Assembly (NCBI GenBank): GCA_049275655.1
Contig: JBASUY010000020.1
Span: 2,651-66,650 of the forward strand
Reading direction: 5' to 3'
Length of the DNA: 64,000 nt
Source: Candidatus Omnitrophota bacterium
Lineage (GTDB): Bacteria > Omnitrophota > Gorgyraeia > Gygaellales > Profunditerraquicolaceae
Shown here piece after piece: positions 30,154 to 39,638 of the stretch. How positions within the stretch are numbered: position 1 is the stretch's first letter; each line of letters opens with the position of its first letter. The notes under the pieces were generated by a model. The model worked only from the letters and a program-made list of their open reading frames with translations. It had not been told where the DNA came from and did not search any database. A program made the translations under genes and the position numbers.

Positions 30154-30225
30154 AGCGGGAGACGGGGTTCGAACCCGCGACGACTTGCTTGGAAGGCAAG
30201 TGTTCTACCACTGAACTACTCCCGC
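30154..30225 (-). tRNA. tRNA-Gly (anticodon UCC)
   Basis: Manual fold. GCGGGAG acceptor, anticodon loop CTTCCAA, T-arm GGGTTCGAACCC. No encoded CCA. Confidence 0.85.
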
Positions 30226-30230
30226 AATAA

Positions 30231-30316
30231 TGGTGGGCAGGAGAGGATTCGAACCTCTGAAGCACAGGTGCAGCAGATTTACAGTCTGCCCCCTTTGGCC
30301 ACTTGGGTACCTGCCC
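30231..30316 (-). tRNA. tRNA-Tyr (anticodon GUA), class II with long variable arm, CCA encoded
   Basis: GGGCAGG acceptor, anticodon loop TGTAAAT, long variable arm, T-arm GGTTCGAATCC, 3' ACCA. Confidence 0.85.
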
Positions 30317-30326
30317 ATTTATTTAA

Positions 30327-30399
30327 AGCCGGCGAGAGGAATCGGACCCCCGACCCGCTGTTTACAAAACAGCTGCTCTACCAACTGAGCTACGCCGGC
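30327..30399 (-). tRNA. tRNA-Thr (anticodon UGU)
   Basis: GCCGGCG acceptor, D-arm TAGCTCAGTTGGTAGAGC, anticodon loop TTTGTAA. The T-arm is atypical (GGGGG-TCCGATT-CCTCT with two G-U pairs). Confidence 0.75.
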
Positions 30400-31264
30400 A
30401 AACGCACATTCTTTTTATTGCATTAGGGATTTTATCAACAATATCCGAGGCAATCAAGGAAATTTGCGTTTTTTCTTTTGCCGCTAAATCCCCGGCTACT
30501 CCATGAAGATAGACTCCTGTTTTAGCTGCTTCAAAAGCGCTTAAGCCTTGAGCTAAAAAAGAGGCGATTATACCGGTTAAAACATCCCCGCTACCTAAAG
30601 TAGCCATCCCCGGATTTCCTGTTTTATTGATATAAATACTGCCATTAAAGTTTGTAACTATAGTTTCATAGCCTTTTAAAACCAGGGTTACTCTGTATCT
30701 TTTTGCAAAATCAAGCGATATTTTTTTTCTATTTTTTTGAACCTCTTCTACATTTAAGCCTGTTAAGCGGGACATCTCCTTAGGATGAGGGGTCATAATA
30801 ACCTTAGGGTTTTTTTTCGTAAGCTTAGACAAAGTATTTAAGTTCCCTTTGATAGCATTTAAGCCATCAGCGTCAATTACCATAGGCTTCAAAGAAGAAA
30901 AAATGACTTTGCGGATTAAAGAATAGGTTGAAGGGTTATCCCCTAATCCCGGGCCAATGGCTAAAATATCTATTTTTTTTATAAAATCCGCAATCTTTTT
31001 AAATGCTAAAAGACTAACCCCTCCTTCTTTCGTTTGAGGTAAAGGCAGGGTTATCGCCTCTTTAGGTTTAAGCTTTATCATCGCGTTATTAATCCCTTTG
31101 GGCAACCCTAAGGTAACTAATCCTGCGCCGCTACGCAATACTGCTAAAGAACAAAGCGCTGCTGCTCCGGAATAACGGGCAGAGCCTGCAAGAATAAATA
31201 TATGCCCAAAGCTACTCTTATTACTATCAAGCGGCCTTTGTAATAATCGCATTGGCAACCGCAT
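30362..31264 (-). CDS. nnrD: ADP-dependent NAD(P)H-hydrate dehydratase (YjeF C-terminal / Nnr dehydratase domain)
   Basis: 300 aa with the carbohydrate-kinase-like fold motifs (DSNKSSFGH, GPGLG, GSGDVLTG). The ORF 3' end reads into tRNA-Thr. Confidence 0.8.
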   Translation of the reverse strand: MRLPMRLLQRPLDSNKSSFGHIFILAGSARYSGAAALCSLAVLRSGAGLVTLGLPKGINNAMIKLKPKEAITLPLPQTKEGGVSLLAFKKIADFIKKIDILAIGPGLGDNPSTYSLIRKVIFSSLKPMVIDADGLNAIKGNLNTLSKLTKKNPKVIMTPHPKEMSRLTGLNVEEVQKNRKKISLDFAKRYRVTLVLKGYETIVTNFNGSIYINKTGNPGMATLGSGDVLTGIIASFLAQGLSAFEAAKTGVYLHGVAGDLAAKEKTQISLIASDIVDKIPNAIKRMCVCRRSSVGRAAVL

Positions 31265-31583
31265 AATTTTTTACATGGGAGATAGAAACAACAACGCCTA
31301 CCCCCTTGCCTTTAGAGTTTAAAAATTTACAGAAGGGTTTGCCGTCTTTATCGTTTAGAACCTCTAAATCTTTCCAGCCTAAAGACGCATCCCCTAATGC
31401 TTTAAAGATCGCCTCTTTAGCGGCAAATCTACCTGCTAAATGTTGGTATATACTAACCCTACTTTTAGCATTATTAAGCTCTTCTCTGGTAAAAATCCTT
31501 TCTAAAAAAGATTCCCCCCATTTTTCTATAGCCTTCTTTAAGCGGTTCACCTCTGTTATATCTACGCCTGTCCCTAAAATCAT
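31227..31583 (-). CDS. acpS: Holo-[acyl-carrier-protein] synthase
   Basis: MILGTGVDITEVNRL... is the canonical AcpS start. 118 aa. Confidence 0.85.
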   Translation of the reverse strand: MILGTGVDITEVNRLKKAIEKWGESFLERIFTREELNNAKSRVSIYQHLAGRFAAKEAIFKALGDASLGWKDLEVLNDKDGKPFCKFLNSKGKGVGVVVSISHVKNYAVANAIITKAA

Positions 31584-32293
31584 CTCTCTATTAACCTTTT
31601 CATTTCTTTTACTGCTTTGCCTAAACCTACAAAAACAGCCTTAGAGATAATAGAGTGTCCGATATTTAACTCCTCTATCTGCTTAATTTTTGCTATAGAA
31701 GAAACATTATTATAGCCTAAACCATGCCCGGCAAAAACATTTAATCCTAAAGACTTTGCATATATTGCCGCTTGTTTTATTTCATTAAGAGACTTTTGTA
31801 ATTCACTATAATTCTTAGCGTTGGCATAGCGTCCTGTATGTAGCTCAATGCTATTTACCCCTAAAGCATTAACCGCTTTTATCTGCCTAAAATTAGGATC
31901 AATAAAAATACTCACCTCAATGCCATTTTTATTTAATCTACCTATTGCATGCTTAATACGCTTAAAACCCTTTACTACATCTAATCCGCCCTCAGTAGTA
32001 AGCTCCGCTCTTTTTTCAGGGACAAGGGTAGCCCGGTTAGGCTTAACTTTAGAAGCGATATCTACTATCTTTTTAGATATAGACATCTCTAGATTAAGAG
32101 GCAAAGATAAGATTTCTTTTAATACCCAAAGATCATTATCTTGGATGTGCCTACGGTCCTCGCGTAGATGCACTACAAGGCTATTAGCGCCGCTCCTCTC
32201 TACTATCAAAGCAGCAAGGGCAATCTCAGGCTCTAAGCCGGCGCGCGCTTCTCTTAACGTAGCTACATGGTCTATATTTACTCCTAAGCGCAT
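31580..32293 (-). CDS. pdxJ: Pyridoxine 5'-phosphate synthase
   Basis: MRLGVNIDHVATLR...HLREDRRHI are PdxJ TIM-barrel signatures. 237 aa. Confidence 0.9.
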   Translation of the reverse strand: MRLGVNIDHVATLREARAGLEPEIALAALIVERSGANSLVVHLREDRRHIQDNDLWVLKEILSLPLNLEMSISKKIVDIASKVKPNRATLVPEKRAELTTEGGLDVVKGFKRIKHAIGRLNKNGIEVSIFIDPNFRQIKAVNALGVNSIELHTGRYANAKNYSELQKSLNEIKQAAIYAKSLGLNVFAGHGLGYNNVSSIAKIKQIEELNIGHSIISKAVFVGLGKAVKEMKRLIER

Positions 32294-32417
32294 TTTTTAA
32301 TGTGCAAGCACCTCATAATTTATATAGAGCCAAGATATTATGGCTAAAATTAAAGATATAATTTTAAGCCATGGATGAGATAAAAAGAGATGCTTTATCT
32401 TCTCTAAAAGAGTTATT

Positions 32418-33194
32418 TTATTTCTGTTCATCTTTAACCTTTAATTTAAAAATCTCTCTTGCCTTCAGAAACAGCCCTTTTTGGTCTAAGGCGTTATAAA
32501 ACTTACTCTCATAAACCAAAGAGATATCTTTCCTCTCCTCAGATACTATGATAATTAAAGCATCCGTCTCCTCGCTTAAACCTAAGGCTGCACGGTGCCT
32601 AGTGCCAAATATACGGTTTAAATCCTGAGATTGTGCTAAAGGGAAAAAGCAACCAGCACTTAGAATCCGTCCGTTTTGAACAATGATTCCTCCGTCGTGA
32701 ATAGGATTATTAGGGGTAAATATTGCTTGGATCAGCTCCGAGGATACCCTTGAGTCAATCATAACTCCGCTTTGGGCAAAAGCATTAAGGGGATCACTTT
32801 TTTCTATGGCTATTAAAGCCCCTATTTTTTCACGCGCTAAAGATTCCACTGCTATGCTTATTTCTTTTAACATATAATCTAACTCTTCGTCGCGAAGTTG
32901 CGCCGTAAAAATATGCCTCTGCCCAAGCCGCGCAAGGCCCCTTCTTATCTCCGGGTGAAATATGATAAGAACCGCAATAACGGAAGTAGCAAAAAAGTTC
33001 TTAAATATCCAATCCAACCTAGTAAGCCCCAGCCTTTGAAATACAAAGAAAGAGACTAAGACAATCGCTATTCCCCGGACAACTTGAATAGCACGTGTTC
33101 CTTCAAAGAAGAGTATTATCTGGTAAATTACAAACCAAAGAATCGCTATCTCAAGTAATGTTTTCCAATGGACAAAAGCTACTGATATGCTCAT
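32418..33194 (-). CDS. cdaA: Diadenylate cyclase (membrane-anchored CdaA type)
   Basis: N-terminal TM helices plus a DAC domain (DGA..I, GTRHRAALG motifs). Confidence 0.85.
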   Translation of the reverse strand: MSISVAFVHWKTLLEIAILWFVIYQIILFFEGTRAIQVVRGIAIVLVSFFVFQRLGLTRLDWIFKNFFATSVIAVLIIFHPEIRRGLARLGQRHIFTAQLRDEELDYMLKEISIAVESLAREKIGALIAIEKSDPLNAFAQSGVMIDSRVSSELIQAIFTPNNPIHDGGIIVQNGRILSAGCFFPLAQSQDLNRIFGTRHRAALGLSEETDALIIIVSEERKDISLVYESKFYNALDQKGLFLKAREIFKLKVKDEQK

Positions 33195-34381
33195 GATATT
33201 AAACTATCAACTACTTTTAAGGCTTCCTTTGTTTCCTTAACATTGTGTACCCTAAAAATAGCCGCTCCGTTCATTCTTGCAACCGCACAAGAAGCAATTG
33301 TCCCAAATAGCCTTCTATTTGGTTTAACCTTTAATATACGCCCAATAAAAGACTTTCTTGAAAGGCCTATCATTATCGGCATACCTAAGCCTTTAAACTC
33401 TGAAAGCCTCTTGATTATTTCAAGGTTATGAGGCAATGTTTTACCAAAACCAATCCCAGGATCAATAATAATCCTATTTGGCGCTATGCCGTGTTGCAAG
33501 GCCTTGGATACCGCTAAACTTAAATAAGAATACAGGTCATCCATCAAAGAAGCATAAACAGGGTTTTTCTGCATTACCCTCGGGTTTTTAAGCATATGCA
33601 TAATTATAATGCCGGATTTATATTTTGCCGCTACCTTTGCCATCTTATGGTCCCTTAATCCTGAGATATCATTAACAATGCTTGCTCCGTTCTCTAAGGC
33701 AATCTTTGCTATCTGCGGCTTATAGGTATCAATAGATATGGGGATTTTAATTTTTTTACTTAAAGCCTTTATTATTGGGATTACCCGCTCCTCTTCTTCT
33801 TTTAAGCTTATCCTTCTTGCCCCCGGGCGCGTAGATTCTCCGCCAATATCAATAATGTCTGCTCCGTCCTTCGCTAAACTCAAAGCGTATTCTACTATTC
33901 TTTCTTTTTTTAAGCCAAGCAAGCCGTCACCACTAAAAGAATCCTCTGTAATATTTACTATGCCCATTATGCAAGAACGCTTCCCCAAATTAAGCGTATG
34001 TTTGCCGGCTACAAAACAAAAGGCCTCCTTATCATTGTTGCTTAAGGCAGAGTCTAATTCCTTAGCAATTGATTGCAAGTTAAATGACTGCTTATTAAGT
34101 TTTGCTATCAAGCGATTGTAATGAGAGTGATTCCCCATAAGAAGGCAATCAGTCTTCTTTATTCTACCGGTAATAATATCTTTTGCTAAAGCTGCCTCTG
34201 CCCCTAAAGAGAGCATCTGCTGCTTGATGATATTTGCCTGAATAGCGCTAAGGCCTTTAATCTTAACTAAAGAATGTTGCGCCTTAGGAAGCATGAGTTT
34301 TATTCCATTAGGGTCAACCCCTATATCATTCATAGCCTTAAATAATTCTTTAGCTTTAAATAGATTTAAAACTCTCATCAT
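33191..34381 (-). CDS. folP: Dihydropteroate synthase with ~115-aa N-terminal extension
   Basis: The C-terminal ~280 aa is a pterin-binding DHPS (GIVNITEDSFSGDG, DIGGESTRPG). The N-terminal extension has no recognisable motif. Confidence 0.8.
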   Translation of the reverse strand: MMRVLNLFKAKELFKAMNDIGVDPNGIKLMLPKAQHSLVKIKGLSAIQANIIKQQMLSLGAEAALAKDIITGRIKKTDCLLMGNHSHYNRLIAKLNKQSFNLQSIAKELDSALSNNDKEAFCFVAGKHTLNLGKRSCIMGIVNITEDSFSGDGLLGLKKERIVEYALSLAKDGADIIDIGGESTRPGARRISLKEEEERVIPIIKALSKKIKIPISIDTYKPQIAKIALENGASIVNDISGLRDHKMAKVAAKYKSGIIIMHMLKNPRVMQKNPVYASLMDDLYSYLSLAVSKALQHGIAPNRIIIDPGIGFGKTLPHNLEIIKRLSEFKGLGMPIMIGLSRKSFIGRILKVKPNRRLFGTIASCAVARMNGAAIFRVHNVKETKEALKVVDSLIS

Positions 34382-34384
34382 TTT

Positions 34385-36232
34385 TTAAGAGGATGATTGC
34401 TCTTCTTTTTTTATGCCAAGCATCTCCTTAACCACTTCGCCGTCTAATACTTCTTTTTCAAGGAGGGCGTCTGTTAAAATTTTAAGTTTATCTAAATTCT
34501 CTTCCAATAAAGCCTTGGCTTGATTGTAAGCCTCATCAACAATCTTTCTTACCTCTTCGTCTATAAGCTTGGCTGTCTCTTCGCTATAATTTCTCTCTTC
34601 GGTTATATCTTTTCCAAGAAAGACCAATCCTCCTCTTTTGCCTAAAGTAATGTTGCCTAATCTCTCTGACATTCCGAATTGCGTAACCATTCTACGCGCC
34701 ATACTTGTAGCCTGTTCAAGGTCATTTTGTGCGCCTGTGGTTACCTCTTTTAGGTTTATCTCTTCTGATGCCCTTCCGCCTAACATAAGGGATATCTCAG
34801 AGATTAGTTCTCTCTTAGTCCAATAATGCCTATCTTCTAAAGGGGGCGTAAATGTATAGCCACCTGCCAGCCCCCGAGGTATAATTGATACTTTTTTTAA
34901 GGGGTTGACATCCGGAATAAGCAGGGAGAGCAAGGCATGCCCTGATTCATGCAAGGCGGTAATCTCCTTCTCCTTCTTTGACATTATATGGCTTTTCTTC
35001 TCCGGCCCCATAAGGACCCTTTCAACTGATTTATCAAAGTCTATCTCTTCAACCTCCTCCTTACTATTCCTTGCGGCTAAAAGGGCTGCTTCGTTGCAAA
35101 GGTTAGCTAAATCAGCACCGGAAAACCCAGGGGTCTGCGAAGCGATGGATTTTAAGTTGACGGAAGTTGCGAGCTTAATTTTACGCGTATGAACCTTTAG
35201 TATCTCTTCTCTTCCTTTGATATCCGGAAGGTTGACAATTATATTACGGTCAAATCTCCCCGGACGAAGCAAAGCAGGATCTAGGGTATCCGGACGGTTG
35301 GTAGCCGCTATAAGAATTAATCCTTGTTGGGTATCAAAGCCATCCATCTCAACTAAAAGGGCGTTTAATGTCTGCTCCCGCTCATCATGCCCTCCGCCTA
35401 TCCCTGAAAAACGAAGGCGGCCAACAGCATCAATCTCGTCAATAAAAATTATAGCCCCTTTACCTGATGCCTTTCCTGCTCTTCTGCCTTGGTCAAATAA
35501 ATCCCTAACCCTACTTGCGCCTACCCCTACAAACATCTCCACAAAATCCGACCCACTAATAGAAAAAAATGGAACCCCGGCTTCTCCTGCTACTGCCTTA
35601 GCTATCAATGTTTTTCCACACCCAGGCGGGCCTACTAATAAGACTCCTTTGGGTATTTTTCCGCCTAACTTTTGAAAACGTTTAGGGTCTTTTAAGAATT
35701 CTATAACCTCCCTTAATTCTTCTTTTGCCTCATCTACTCCGGCTACATCGTTAAATGTGACTTTCTCCATACCACTATGTATCTTAGGGGTGACTTTCCC
35801 AAAACCCATTATCCTGCTGCCTAATTGTTCGCCTCGAGCAGCCATCATCCACCAAAAGAATATAAGCAAGAGTATCGGGCCTAAGTTAAATAATAAGGCT
35901 GTCCAGAATGTACGCGCCGGCTTAACATCAAAATCCTTTAAGTTATTTCTCATAAGATTGAGAAGCTCAGGGTCATTATCCGGAATGTGCACTAAAAAGG
36001 AAGACTTATCCTGCAAGGTCCCTTGAATAATGCTCTCCCTTTTAACCGCGGATTTAATCTTTTCAGGATGTTCCTTAAGTAGAGCATAAAACTCTCCATA
36101 AGTCATCTCCTTAAAGATTCCGCCGGCAGGGATATTTATAGAATTTATGATTATAAAGGTAAGGATAATAGCTATTATCCAACCTAAGGAAAAGCGCCTA
36201 TTATTAACTTTTCTCTTTTTATTCTTAGCCAT
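34385..36232 (-). CDS. ftsH: ATP-dependent zinc metalloprotease FtsH
   Basis: 615 aa. Two TM helices, AAA+ Walker A GPPGCGKT, second region of homology, and the HESGH zinc motif. Confidence 0.95.
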   Translation of the reverse strand: MAKNKKRKVNNRRFSLGWIIAIILTFIIINSINIPAGGIFKEMTYGEFYALLKEHPEKIKSAVKRESIIQGTLQDKSSFLVHIPDNDPELLNLMRNNLKDFDVKPARTFWTALLFNLGPILLLIFFWWMMAARGEQLGSRIMGFGKVTPKIHSGMEKVTFNDVAGVDEAKEELREVIEFLKDPKRFQKLGGKIPKGVLLVGPPGCGKTLIAKAVAGEAGVPFFSISGSDFVEMFVGVGASRVRDLFDQGRRAGKASGKGAIIFIDEIDAVGRLRFSGIGGGHDEREQTLNALLVEMDGFDTQQGLILIAATNRPDTLDPALLRPGRFDRNIIVNLPDIKGREEILKVHTRKIKLATSVNLKSIASQTPGFSGADLANLCNEAALLAARNSKEEVEEIDFDKSVERVLMGPEKKSHIMSKKEKEITALHESGHALLSLLIPDVNPLKKVSIIPRGLAGGYTFTPPLEDRHYWTKRELISEISLMLGGRASEEINLKEVTTGAQNDLEQATSMARRMVTQFGMSERLGNITLGKRGGLVFLGKDITEERNYSEETAKLIDEEVRKIVDEAYNQAKALLEENLDKLKILTDALLEKEVLDGEVVKEMLGIKKEEQSSS

Positions 36233-36330
36233 CTCTATCCTTTCTATAAAATAATATTATAATGAATTTGAGGAGATATTATATATTTAAATAGCTATAA
36301 AATCAAGCGTTTATCAAACTTTTATGAAAG

Positions 36331-37350
36331 TTATCTTAAATAAAAAAGAAGGGTTTTTTCTTTCTTTTTTACCGATAGGCCTTTAGGCAAATCAACGATG
36401 GATTCAACCGGGCGAAAAAAGATTAAATCCTCAACTTCTTGGATATGCTTAAAGGTTACCCTGCGGGTATCTCCCTGAAGCGCTCTTATGGCTTCTCTTA
36501 TCCTAAAACGCAAAGCTGAATGATGGAGGCTATAAAGAGACTTAAGGCTTAGCCTTGTTTTATTCCCTTTTAGAAGATGGCGCATGGAAGACTTAAGGTA
36601 ATCATAATCACTCCCTGCGCTTAACCCGAGGTTAAAGAGGGCCTCTTTAATATTTTTATTGTACCTTTTTTCTAAATAAGGAAGCAGTAATAGCCTTATT
36701 CTGTTTCTAAAATAAATTTTGCTACGGTTAGATTTATCTATGCAAAATTTGATTCTGTTTCTCTTTAAAAAGCTTTCAATTTCTCTTCTCTTTATCATAA
36801 GTAGAGGACGGATTACAGACACACCGCCTATCTTTCTTATCGGCACTATTCCTGCTAACCCTTCTAAGCCACTGCCCCTAATAAGGCGCATTAACACCGT
36901 CTCTGCTTGGTCATTAAAATTATGCGCGGTAGCTATTTTATTGGCGTTAATCTTTTTTGCTAAAGTTAAGAAAAATCCAAATCGAGCGTTTCTAGCCTTT
37001 TCTTCTACGGAAAATTTTCCGGGAAGCTTTTTTATATCTATGCGCCTTAAGGTAAACGGGACATTTAATCTCTTGGCTAAAGTTTTTACAAAAACTGCTT
37101 CTTTTTTTGAAACCTCTCTTAAGGCATGATCTAAATGGGCAATATGAAGCTTAAAATTTAAAGGTTTTTTAAGATGGTTTAAAATATAGGCTAATGCTAC
37201 TGAATCAGCCCCTCCTGAGACGCCGAGTATTACTATCTCTTTGGGTTTAATTAAGTTATGCCTTTTAATGATTGCTTTTACTTTTTCTACAATCTTTAAA
37301 TCATCTATCAACATAGGGCAAAAAGAGGATTTTTTCTCCTCCTTTAACAA
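36331..37350 (-). CDS. tilS: tRNA(Ile)-lysidine synthetase
   Basis: PP-loop SGGADS in VSGGADSVALAYIL. The true start may be the internal MLIDDL at about 37314. Confidence 0.85.
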   Translation of the reverse strand: MLKEEKKSSFCPMLIDDLKIVEKVKAIIKRHNLIKPKEIVILGVSGGADSVALAYILNHLKKPLNFKLHIAHLDHALREVSKKEAVFVKTLAKRLNVPFTLRRIDIKKLPGKFSVEEKARNARFGFFLTLAKKINANKIATAHNFNDQAETVLMRLIRGSGLEGLAGIVPIRKIGGVSVIRPLLMIKRREIESFLKRNRIKFCIDKSNRSKIYFRNRIRLLLLPYLEKRYNKNIKEALFNLGLSAGSDYDYLKSSMRHLLKGNKTRLSLKSLYSLHHSALRFRIREAIRALQGDTRRVTFKHIQEVEDLIFFRPVESIVDLPKGLSVKKKEKTLLFYLR

Positions 37351-37377
37351 AGGTAGGTATTTTTAGGTGTCATTGAG

Positions 37378-37454
37378 TTGGTGGCGGCGACTGGATTTAA
37401 ACCAGTGACAAATCGGGTATGAGCCGACTACTCTATCAGGCTGAGTTACGCCGC
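37378..37454 (-). tRNA. tRNA with CAU anticodon (elongator Met or Ile2/lysidine tRNA), CCA encoded
   Basis: Acceptor GGCGGCG/CGCCGCC with a G1-C72 pair, so not an initiator. Anticodon loop CTCATAC. D-loop AGCCTGATA lacks GG. T-loop TTTAAAT has U at position 56. Confidence 0.75.
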
Positions 37455-37463
37455 CAAAAAAGA

Positions 37464-37844
37464 TTAAAAGAGCTTTCTTATAAACAAAACATAGCCTATT
37501 AAAGCCGCATTTATACAGGTTATCACTACTACCCCTGCGGCGATATCCTTTACAAGGCGTACTTTTGTATTATATTTTTCTGCGATAGTGTCCATCATAA
37601 TCTCTATTGCAGTATTAAGTATCTCTGCCACGAAAACTAAGGTAATCGTAATAGAAAGGGCCATTAATTCAATACCTTTAAGGTTAAGATAAAATCCTAA
37701 AACCATAGCCATAAGCCCTATTAAAAAGATTAGACGCATATTCCTATGATAAAGGAATAGATAAGCAATGCCCCTGATAGCAATTAACAAGTTCTTACCA
37801 AAACCCCTTAATTTAAAGATATCCCTTATAAGCCTATTCTTCAA
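37464..37844 (-). CDS. dgkA: Diacylglycerol kinase / undecaprenol kinase family
   Basis: 126 aa three-TM protein with DgkA-like motifs. Confidence 0.75.
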   Translation of the reverse strand: MKNRLIRDIFKLRGFGKNLLIAIRGIAYLFLYHRNMRLIFLIGLMAMVLGFYLNLKGIELMALSITITLVFVAEILNTAIEIMMDTIAEKYNTKVRLVKDIAAGVVVITCINAALIGYVLFIRKLF

Positions 37845-37847
37845 TTT

Positions 37848-38636
37848 TTACCGCCTCCTGTATGCTTCCAAAAACTTATCGCAATAAATATGCTTATTTA
37901 AGATTAAATCAGTAGTTATCGCCATATCCATCAACTCGCTGTCTAAAGGGTCAAGTATCGCTGCGTCTAAACCAAAGGCCATAGCCATGGCTAAAAAGGT
38001 ACGGTTAATTATTGGCCTGTTTAATGCGCCCTGAGAAACATTACTTAATCCTATTATAGTATTAGGGGCTGGGTCTGCAATTAATTTAAACTCTCTTATA
38101 GATTCTAATATATCCTTTTCTTGCCCTTGCGCTATATTAACCGGCATAACTATCGGGTCAAGATATAATTCATCCGTAGAAAAATTATTTTCAATACAAT
38201 AAGAGACTATCTGCGCTGCTAATTCTAAACGCTGGTCTTTAGTTTGAGGTATTCCGTCTGCGCTTATGGTCAGGGCTATTAACTTAGCTTTGTTTTCCTT
38301 AGCCAAAGGCACTAATTGGTTAAGTTTATCTAAATCCGCTGTAGTAGAATTTATGATTGCGTTTTCTTTAACCAGTTTAAGCGCTTCTTTAATTACCTCT
38401 ACCTTGCTTGAATCAATGCAAATAGCCTTATCAGTAACTTCTTGAATAGTTTTAATTAGCCAAAGGGTATCTTTAATTGGGTCTTTTGAGGCAGGACCAC
38501 AATTTACATCTAATGCGTCTGCTCCGGCTTTAATCTGATTTAAAGCAGAGTCCTGAATAACTTGCTTATCTTTTTCGGCTACAGCCTTGCCTATCTTCCC
38601 GTACATCCCGTTGATTAACTCTCCGATAATAAGCAT
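37848..38636 (-). CDS. acsE: Methyltetrahydrofolate:corrinoid iron-sulfur protein methyltransferase (pterin-binding, AcsE/MeTr)
   Basis: 262 aa. MLIIGELINGM...NCGP...INSTT...GLSNVSQG...NRTFLAMAMAFGLDAAI is collinear with the Moorella AcsE pattern. Confidence 0.8.
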   Translation of the reverse strand: MLIIGELINGMYGKIGKAVAEKDKQVIQDSALNQIKAGADALDVNCGPASKDPIKDTLWLIKTIQEVTDKAICIDSSKVEVIKEALKLVKENAIINSTTADLDKLNQLVPLAKENKAKLIALTISADGIPQTKDQRLELAAQIVSYCIENNFSTDELYLDPIVMPVNIAQGQEKDILESIREFKLIADPAPNTIIGLSNVSQGALNRPIINRTFLAMAMAFGLDAAILDPLDSELMDMAITTDLILNKHIYCDKFLEAYRRR

Positions 38637-38660
38637 CCTTGATCTCCCTTTAAAAGACTC

Positions 38661-39596
38661 TTAAGAAAAGAGGCTATCTATATACCTTTCGATTTCTTTT
38701 ACTGCCGTAGGATGGCGCATTACTAATAGATTAGCTCCTGCCTGCACTAAAGCAAGGACAGTTAGAATCTCCCAGATTATCCCTTGCCTTACATCCTCTG
38801 CTTTTGCCTCTTTAGCCCTCCAAGCCTCTTGCCCTGCCAAACAAAGAAAAGGGCTAAAAAGTGTTTTATCTCCTGACAGAGCAGCTAAACGCGCCCTCTC
38901 CATAATAGAATAAGCATATTCTAAGCCATACCCTAAAGCGCCTATAGTAGGGTCAATAACTATCCTCTCTAAAGGCATCCCCATATCTGAAATTAGGATA
39001 TTAAGTTGTTTAGCGATATTAATATCAATAGGTGATTCTGCGATAAGGCTATGGCCTCCTGCCAATGCGCCTGCTGTTACTGCCTTATAGTTATTTTGGG
39101 TTGCGTTACCGATTAAACACCGCTCATTTTTTGCTGCCTCGCTACAGGCAGGCAAAAGGATATTATCCTTTTCATCATCTCCGCAGCCGAGAATAATCAA
39201 AGGCAAATCAAATTTGCGTAAAAAATCTTTAACAAGGTTAGCTTCCTCTGAAGGAGATTTATCTTCAAACTCAGGATGCGCGCCTTTTAGCCTTAGGCAG
39301 ATAATCTTAGCATTATATTCTTTAATACATTTATCTGCCCACAAAAAAGGATCAGATAAAACATCGCCAAAAGCTTTGGTTAATTCTTCCGGCCAATCTT
39401 TAGGATAAGTATCCCATACTTCAAAGATAGGGTATGGTTTATTAGGGATAACACCCTCTTTAAAAAGCAAAGGCAAAGAACGCTCCCCTCCTATCTTAAC
39501 CTTAAAAGCGCGGCTGCCCCCTTCTTCTTTGGTTGCTCCGATAGTTATCTCCGAGACAGATCCACTCCATTTTTCATGCATTAATTGAATCGCCAT
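38661..39596 (-). CDS. acsD: Corrinoid iron-sulfur protein small subunit (AcsD / CFeSP delta)
   Basis: 311 aa. LGNATQNNYK, SPIDINIAKQLNIL, VIDPTIGALGYGLEYAYSIMER and WRAKEA match AcsD closely. Confidence 0.8.
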   Translation of the reverse strand: MAIQLMHEKWSGSVSEITIGATKEEGGSRAFKVKIGGERSLPLLFKEGVIPNKPYPIFEVWDTYPKDWPEELTKAFGDVLSDPFLWADKCIKEYNAKIICLRLKGAHPEFEDKSPSEEANLVKDFLRKFDLPLIILGCGDDEKDNILLPACSEAAKNERCLIGNATQNNYKAVTAGALAGGHSLIAESPIDINIAKQLNILISDMGMPLERIVIDPTIGALGYGLEYAYSIMERARLAALSGDKTLFSPFLCLAGQEAWRAKEAKAEDVRQGIIWEILTVLALVQAGANLLVMRHPTAVKEIERYIDSLFS

Positions 39597-39638
39597 ACAA
39601 CTCCTCTAAACTTCATTTTAGCAATAAATTTATCTTAA

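Noticed and set aside
37378-37454. CAU tRNA as initiator tRNA-fMet
   Set aside because: The first acceptor pair is G1-C72 rather than the C1xA72 mismatch, and the anticodon stem lacks three consecutive G-C pairs.
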